Of a stretch of 64,000 bases of DNA, positions 58,375 through 64,000 are shown in pieces. The notes beneath the pieces are model-generated. The model saw only the letters and a program-made list of their open reading frames with translations, did not search any database and was not told where the DNA came from. The stretch is from Lachnospiraceae bacterium (GTDB lineage Bacteria; Bacillota; Clostridia; Lachnospirales; Lachnospiraceae): contig JAZNAE010000005.1 in assembly GCA_045586385.1 (NCBI GenBank), positions 10,685 to 74,684 of the forward strand, read 5' to 3'. A program made the translations under genes and the position numbers. The first letter of the stretch is position 1, and every line of letters starts with the position of its first letter.

Positions 58375-61300
58375 ATGAATGTTTGGCTGCAAATAGGATT
58401 AGGATTATTACCGGGAGCGTTGGTTGCGATGATTATTTTGATAAAGCGACGGGCGTTTTGTTTTGGTACGCTTTTTTCAACCTTCCTGCTTTTGGCGGGC
58501 TGTGGCATATCCCTATTTTTTGGCGGCACTGCTCTTTTGAAGGATGGCACTATGGAAGTACAGATGTCTGAAAAGAAAATGATGGCATTTGCCAATGCAC
58601 TTGCAGAAGAAGGCGCCTATGACGCAGCTATTGAGGTTTTAGAACAATATAGCAGTGAATACGGATATAATGATGAATGCAGACTGTTAACGGCACGTAT
58701 TGCAGTTATGGAAGGAGATTTCGAAAGTGCCCACGGTCTGTATCATTATTTGTGTGAGAATACAGATTTAATTTCTGCAGATACGGAGGAAGTTGTATTT
58801 GTAGATATGAAATTGGAAAACAGTACGGCAGACCTTGTTATGATAGAATATCTGAAGTCTGTGGGAGAAAATATTGAAGACTATGGTTACACAGAAAGTA
58901 TATACGAGGATATCAAAAAGAGTGAACAGAAAACAATTGATGATATTAAAAGAGATATCAAAAATGCGATAGAAGACAGTTATAGTATTTCTGATGAGTG
59001 CTCGGACTGTGCAGAAGCAGTAGCAGGCATTTTAGAAGTATATGAGGATGTGTCAGAAAATAATTACGCAACTCCAGAGGAAAGTGAAGAAAAAGAAAAG
59101 AACTTGCGCAGATATGGCAGAACTTTTGAAGATATAGAAAGCAATGCACCGGAATATATGGCGATGGAATGTGTGGAAAAAGCACGTATCAAGTCCTATG
59201 TGATAAGCGGTGATTTTGAGCAGATAGCAGAAAAATTGGAAGAAAAAGCTTCTTATCATGAACTGATGGTAGTAGCTGAGTTATATATGAGCGGTTTGGT
59301 CAAAGAATCTGATTTTTCAGATGACTATCAAAAGATTGACAACGAAAATGCTGATTTGATAGAGGATAAGTTGTCTGCAATTTATAAAGAAAATTCAGAT
59401 GATTTGAATAAACAGGAAAAGAAAGCATTTAAAGAACGTATTGAGGCAATTAACGTACAGTTAAAAGATCCGGTTCTTGCATCCGTAAAGGAAGAACTGA
59501 CAGATGTAGCCAACGAGGAAGCAGGAACAGATGCAACGAAAGTATACCTGGAACTTGCAAAAATAGAAAATTATTTCGGTAATGAAACATCTACCGATTC
59601 CTATTTAAGTACAGCTATCTACAGTTCTCCGGAATGTGAAGATGACAGTTATGTTTCCGCAATGTCACAGATTATTACGGTCATCAGTAATGATGAAGAA
59701 AATGATAAAGAAAACATTAAAAATGTTGCTACCTATGTGGAAAACGTGTTAGACCATTCTCTGACAGTGAATGTAGAAAGTATTGTTTCGCCTCAAAATC
59801 AGATTGCAGTGGAAGAGGAGGATGAATCTGTTGACTTTACAAGAACTACCGTTGATTATGTGAGCCGGGTTAAAAGTGCCATTTCTATCGGTAAAATAGA
59901 TGCTTCCGGTTTTGAAAAAATTGTGTCTACAGTACAGATAGACAGTGATTATCTGACAGATGTGGATGAACTGAAGGCAGCACTGAAAGTATACGATTGT
60001 GGTGCGGAAATTTCAGATTTTACACTTAAGAAAATAAATTATGAAGGCTCCAACATCATGCTTGTCTGTGATGTGTCCGGCAGTATGAGCGGAAACATCC
60101 AGGATTTAAGGGATGCGGTAGTTACCTTTATTACGGATAAAAATGCAAATGAAGATATTGCGGTAGTGACTTTTGATGATACCATTGTTGACACAAAGTT
60201 TTTCGGAACGCCGGATGATGAACTGATTGCATTTGCCCAAAACATGCAAATAGCCGGCGGTACAGACATTTTCTCAGCGGTTACAAACTGTTTAGATGGT
60301 TTCTCGGCAGAGCCGGAGGATAATAATGTCCTTATCTTAATGACAGATGGACAGGATAATTATGCCAGAGATGCAGAAACAATCTATGCGGAAATAGGCA
60401 CGCGTGCATTACAAAAGGGAATCACTGTCTATACCATGGGACTTGGCACAAGTGTGGATACAAACTATTTAAGCATCATCGCCGGAAGCGGCAATGGAGA
60501 GTTTCTTTATGTATCAGACAGTTCCAGTTTATCGTCATTCTATGATTTGCTGCATGCACAGGTATATAATCAATATGAAATTACCTATCAGGCACAGGAT
60601 ACAATCACTATGTCAGGACGTACTTTGGAAGTCGTATTGCCGGATGAAAATCTCCGTGATGTGAAGACTTACTCATTGAAAGATGCCGCTGATGTGCAGG
60701 GAGGACTTCCAATCAGCAATGGCATAACAATACAGGGAATGAATCCCAAATACATATATAAAGGAAAGCAGGATACTTCTGTTAAATTAAAAGGAACAGG
60801 ATTTAAAGAAGACAGTAAGATGTCTGTTAAACTTAACGGAAATATTGACTATTCCGTTACCGCTACTTATGTGGATGCAGAGACCTATACAATTACCATT
60901 CCTGCAAGTGTAGCAGTGGGTAAATATAATGTGGAAATTACCATTGACGGTCATAAAAAAGTACTTCAAAACGGATTTTCCGTCATTGCCAAATGCGGAG
61001 AGAAGAAGACTGCATTTGGCCCCTATGTCTTTACGTCAGCTGAGAAAATAGAAAATGGTATTGATAACTGTACGCTACGTGGAAATGTTACCATGAACGG
61101 CTGGTTACATTTTAAAGGTGATGTGACAATTGTAGGAAATTTGGAAAATGGAGATTCTGTCAGGGTGACAGATGACAGTGGCTCGTATGTTGAATTTGAT
61201 ACTGTTACAGCATCCGGATTTGGACAATATCTGGCGCAAAAAGGTGTTTCGCTGGATATACCTGCACTATATAATTTCACATTGTATAATGACCAGCAAA

Positions 61301-62487
61301 ACTTATATGATTATGAAAATTATATGGTAGATGATATTTCAACGGGCACTTTAGAAATTTACAATTTGCTTAAACTTAACAGTCTTGTAGTGCGTTTGTA
61401 TCCAAACAGTATCGGCATCCATTATTATAATGGGTTGCCCAACCTACCTTTCCAGGATAAAATCCTAATTTTAAAATCACAGGAATTGTTTGAAATTTCT
61501 TGTGACGGAAGCGCACAGATTACCAATGAAAATGTTGGTATTGTTTTAAACGCAGAGTATGAAGGTAATGATGATAAAGGATTTAATACACCTGTAAAAC
61601 TTCTAAATGCACCGGTTCAGTTTAATGGCGATGTTAAGGTTGACATTAATACTATCAGTAATGAATATGCCGTTGGTGCTATGATTAAATTCATGATTTT
61701 AGATAAAAGTTCGCCGGGACTTGGAGCAGAAGTTAAATGGAAAGGAAATCTGGTTCCCGATTCCGTAAAACTAAGTTTGGAATTAGGCAAAGCGCTGAAA
61801 CTGCCTACAGCGGTTCCGCTTGAAATGAATGATTTTAGCTTTGAGGTGTCAGACATAAATTCGGCAGTGGAGAATGGAACATGGACAAGCCTTAAATTTA
61901 CAGGGGCATTTTCCTTGACAAGTTTGAATCTTAAGACGTATATGCCTAAACTGGAGAAATACATAGATGATGTTAGCATTTTATCCATGCCGGAAACCAC
62001 AGCATCTATACAAATTTCGCCTTTCCAGATTGAAACATCTGCAAAGCTAATGTTTTTGGATACAATTCAACTTGCCCAGTCAGAAGTGCAGATAGGTAAC
62101 TTTGACTATACCAATCCGCTTCTTCAGTTTGATAATGAAGCTGTGAAAGGTGTCAAGGCAGCACTGAAAACAGGTATCATGTGGGAAAGCAAAAAAGGAC
62201 AAATATCTTTAGATTTGTCCGGTAAGGGAGAACTTGATGCTCACTCAAGATTCGTAGGAGCAATATATGAAGGAACTGCGGAATATGATATTAAGTTATG
62301 GTTATTTAATTCGGAAGACAAGTATTTCGGTACATATGCGCTTGGTTTTTATATAACACATGAAGGTGAAAAACAGTTTGTTTTTGCTTATAAGTATCTG
62401 AACAAAGACGGGGAATATGAAGGTGATTTCCACAGTATTGGTGCAGACAGCATATGGGAAAAGAATAAGAGCGGTGTATTAACTTAA
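58375..62487 (+). CDS. 1370-aa membrane-anchored protein: TPR-like helical region, vWA (MIDAS), IPT/TIG Ig-like domain, beta-rich C-terminal region
   Basis: Two N-terminal TMs around KRR; DVSGS (60070-60084), GGT, ILMTDG; IQGMNP..GTGF..V..GKYNVEI IPT pattern. Confidence 0.8.
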   Translation: MNVWLQIGLGLLPGALVAMIILIKRRAFCFGTLFSTFLLLAGCGISLFFGGTALLKDGTMEVQMSEKKMMAFANALAEEGAYDAAIEVLEQYSSEYGYNDECRLLTARIAVMEGDFESAHGLYHYLCENTDLISADTEEVVFVDMKLENSTADLVMIEYLKSVGENIEDYGYTESIYEDIKKSEQKTIDDIKRDIKNAIEDSYSISDECSDCAEAVAGILEVYEDVSENNYATPEESEEKEKNLRRYGRTFEDIESNAPEYMAMECVEKARIKSYVISGDFEQIAEKLEEKASYHELMVVAELYMSGLVKESDFSDDYQKIDNENADLIEDKLSAIYKENSDDLNKQEKKAFKERIEAINVQLKDPVLASVKEELTDVANEEAGTDATKVYLELAKIENYFGNETSTDSYLSTAIYSSPECEDDSYVSAMSQIITVISNDEENDKENIKNVATYVENVLDHSLTVNVESIVSPQNQIAVEEEDESVDFTRTTVDYVSRVKSAISIGKIDASGFEKIVSTVQIDSDYLTDVDELKAALKVYDCGAEISDFTLKKINYEGSNIMLVCDVSGSMSGNIQDLRDAVVTFITDKNANEDIAVVTFDDTIVDTKFFGTPDDELIAFAQNMQIAGGTDIFSAVTNCLDGFSAEPEDNNVLILMTDGQDNYARDAETIYAEIGTRALQKGITVYTMGLGTSVDTNYLSIIAGSGNGEFLYVSDSSSLSSFYDLLHAQVYNQYEITYQAQDTITMSGRTLEVVLPDENLRDVKTYSLKDAADVQGGLPISNGITIQGMNPKYIYKGKQDTSVKLKGTGFKEDSKMSVKLNGNIDYSVTATYVDAETYTITIPASVAVGKYNVEITIDGHKKVLQNGFSVIAKCGEKKTAFGPYVFTSAEKIENGIDNCTLRGNVTMNGWLHFKGDVTIVGNLENGDSVRVTDDSGSYVEFDTVTASGFGQYLAQKGVSLDIPALYNFTLYNDQQNLYDYENYMVDDISTGTLEIYNLLKLNSLVVRLYPNSIGIHYYNGLPNLPFQDKILILKSQELFEISCDGSAQITNENVGIVLNAEYEGNDDKGFNTPVKLLNAPVQFNGDVKVDINTISNEYAVGAMIKFMILDKSSPGLGAEVKWKGNLVPDSVKLSLELGKALKLPTAVPLEMNDFSFEVSDINSAVENGTWTSLKFTGAFSLTSLNLKTYMPKLEKYIDDVSILSMPETTASIQISPFQIETSAKLMFLDTIQLAQSEVQIGNFDYTNPLLQFDNEAVKGVKAALKTGIMWESKKGQISLDLSGKGELDAHSRFVGAIYEGTAEYDIKLWLFNSEDKYFGTYALGFYITHEGEKQFVFAYKYLNKDGEYEGDFHSIGADSIWEKNKSGVLT

Positions 62488-62498
62488 TTTGAGGTGAC

Positions 62499-64000
62499 AT
62501 GATGAAGATATCTAGGAAACAAAAAATCCAAATATGGATACAGATAATGGTACTGTGTTTATCCTTTTGGATGAATGCAGTATCTGTACAGGCTGCACCC
62601 AAACAGGCAGAAATAGTGACAACCGATACACAAGGGGATTTAACGGTTCTCTTTACATTTGATAAAGAAGTAGTAGATATTACTTTTATATCACCTTCCG
62701 GAGAACGTAAAACAAATGGGGACAGTGATGTAGAATATGCAGCAGGTGAACTGTGGTGTACTTACCGCATTAAAGATGCCAAGGCCGGCACATGGAAAGT
62801 AGAATATGATTTAGGCAGAAACAGTGAAATCACCTATGATATTGTAGAAGATGAAAGCGGATTATGGATTCAATATTTGACTGTTTCAGAAACGGAGAGC
62901 GAGAAGGTGTCAGTTGCTTTTCAGGCAGATTATGAGCCGGAAAAGATTTACTATAATTATGAGCTGTACGCAGTGAGCACAACAGATAAAGATTCTTTAA
63001 TAGAGCTTACAAAGGGGAGTGCAAGATCCGGGGAAGAAAAGAGCATTGATGTGAAACTGAGCGGCCTTTCCGGAGATAATTATGTGCTTCGGCTGGAAGT
63101 ATATTATGATACCGGTACGGTAGAAGTGTTTGATACCATGATATCGGATGCTTTTGATTATAAAAATCCCAATGAACCGCAGGCAATTGAAAATTTTAAG
63201 GTGAAGGTGGATGCCGGTAATCTGGTATGCCATATTGATTGGGATGAATATGTAGGCTGGGGAAGTGATGCCTATCAGGTCGAAGCAAAAGTGGCAGGAG
63301 AAACCGTATACGAAGCTGATTGGGAAAGAGATGTAAGGACGGACAGTATTTTGTATCCTGCTGATGCTACAGCCATGGAAATCAGCTTGTCATACAAGGA
63401 CGGAAATATTAGGTCGGAAAAGAAGATAAAAACAATTCCGCTAACAGATGAAAGTTTGACAATCATCACACCGGAAGTGACCAATTCCTCCCAAGCGGTT
63501 TTGAAGTACAGTGCCAAAAAAGAACGCATGTTAAATGTGAACGTAAACGGCGTGGATGGCATGTATCAGGTGAGTGGTGAGGGAGAAGTTTCATTTGACC
63601 TTATGGAAGGTATGAATACTATCTATGCGGAAATGGAAACGGATGATCTGATTACTTATATCGTAGATGCGGAAGTTTACTGTGATTTCATTCCGCCGGA
63701 AATTAAGTTGTATGAAGATTTGGACGGAAAAACTTTTTATACAGACAGTGTAGCGATTATAGGTAAAATGTCAGGTGGAAATATCCTCCGTATTGCAGGA
63801 GAAACCATAACATCGGATGAAAACGGTGATTTTACATATCATGCCAACTTGTCATTGGGTGAAAATCTGATTGAACTGGAAGCGGAAGATGTAAACGGTA
63901 ATACATCCAAAATGGTTTTGACTTTATATAAAGGATCGGATTTAGTAGGTGGAGTCATTACCAAAATAGGGTTGGCAGAGTTGCTACCATTATTAGTGGC
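62499..64000 (+). CDS. Secreted Ig-domain-rich protein with probable C-terminal TM anchor (3' end cut by window edge; absent from the ORF track)
   Basis: GAGGTG RBS, ATG 62499; MMKISRKQKIQIWIQIMVLCLSFWMNAVSVQA signal peptide; in-frame SDENGDFTYHANLSLGENLIELEAEDVNGN Ig motif and hydrophobic GLAELLPLLV at the edge; I did not check every codon in between for stops. Confidence 0.75.
   Translation, partial: MMKISRKQKIQIWIQIMVLCLSFWMNAVSVQAAPKQAEIVTTDTQGDLTVLFTFDKEVVDITFISPSGERKTNGDSDVEYAAGELWCTYRIKDAKAGTWKVEYDLGRNSEITYDIVEDESGLWIQYLTVSETESEKVSVAFQADYEPEKIYYNYELYAVSTTDKDSLIELTKGSARSGEEKSIDVKLSGLSGDNYVLRLEVYYDTGTVEVFDTMISDAFDYKNPNEPQAIENFKVKVDAGNLVCHIDWDEYVGWGSDAYQVEAKVAGETVYEADWERDVRTDSILYPADATAMEISLSYKDGNIRSEKKIKTIPLTDESLTIITPEVTNSSQAVLKYSAKKERMLNVNVNGVDGMYQVSGEGEVSFDLMEGMNTIYAEMETDDLITYIVDAEVYCDFIPPEIKLYEDLDGKTFYTDSVAIIGKMSGGNILRIAGETITSDENGDFTYHANLSLGENLIELEAEDVNGNTSKMVLTLYKGSDLVGGVITKIGLAELLPLLV

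Noticed and set aside
58492-58503. LAGC lipobox in the vWA protein
   Set aside because: It lies in the second TM at about residue 43 and is followed by more hydrophobic residues; not a typical signal peptidase II position
1-64000. Numerous short or antisense ORFs in the six-frame track (e.g. 24006-24653 -, 37895-38488 -, 33181-33792 -, 29549-30037 -, 12793-13311 -)
   Set aside because: They lie opposite or inside well-conserved genes, lack RBS and recognisable motifs, and are explained as codon-bias shadows
1-64000. CRISPR array, tRNA/rRNA, IS transposase, integrase or prophage genes
   Set aside because: No regularly spaced repeats, cloverleaf or DDE/HUH/recombinase motifs were seen by eye; tRNAscan/CRISPR tools were not run

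Overview
Chromosomal window from a low-GC, spore-forming Clostridia bacterium (gene content and style suggest Lachnospiraceae; this is inference, not a database hit). Nearly all genes are on the + strand. Order: end of a hybrid kinase (Hpt) + DegV + ketopantoate-reductase-like gene; three GT-C membrane glycosyltransferases + manC + ugd; rimP-nusA-ylxR-ylxQ-infB-rbfA-nrnA-truB-ribF; SH3/NlpC-P60 hydrolase; polar amino-acid ABC transporter; rpsO-pnp; complete spoIIIAA-AH; deoB-prfC-transglutaminase-like lipoprotein; asp23-nusB-xseAB-ispA-dxs-tlyA-nadK-argR-recN-spoIVB. spo0A is missing from its usual position after spoIVB. Instead there is a 135-nt multi-branch structured element, a solo antisense PD-(D/E)XK-like nuclease gene with a long hairpin, a hydrolase-LytTR-DUF3021 operon with direct-repeat boxes, MATE, a GSI-beta-like glnA, an LD-carboxypeptidase and a receiver-less Spo0A effector-domain gene, followed by glgA, a SpoVB/MurJ-like flippase and two Coat-F-like small genes. 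The window ends in a sigmaA-driven locus of zinc-ribbon/membrane proteins, a 1370-aa TPR-like/vWA(MIDAS)/IPT protein and an Ig-rich membrane-anchored protein running off the edge; this is the best candidate for an undescribed system. No tRNA, rRNA, CRISPR array, transposase or prophage gene was recognised. All domain and motif calls were made by eye.
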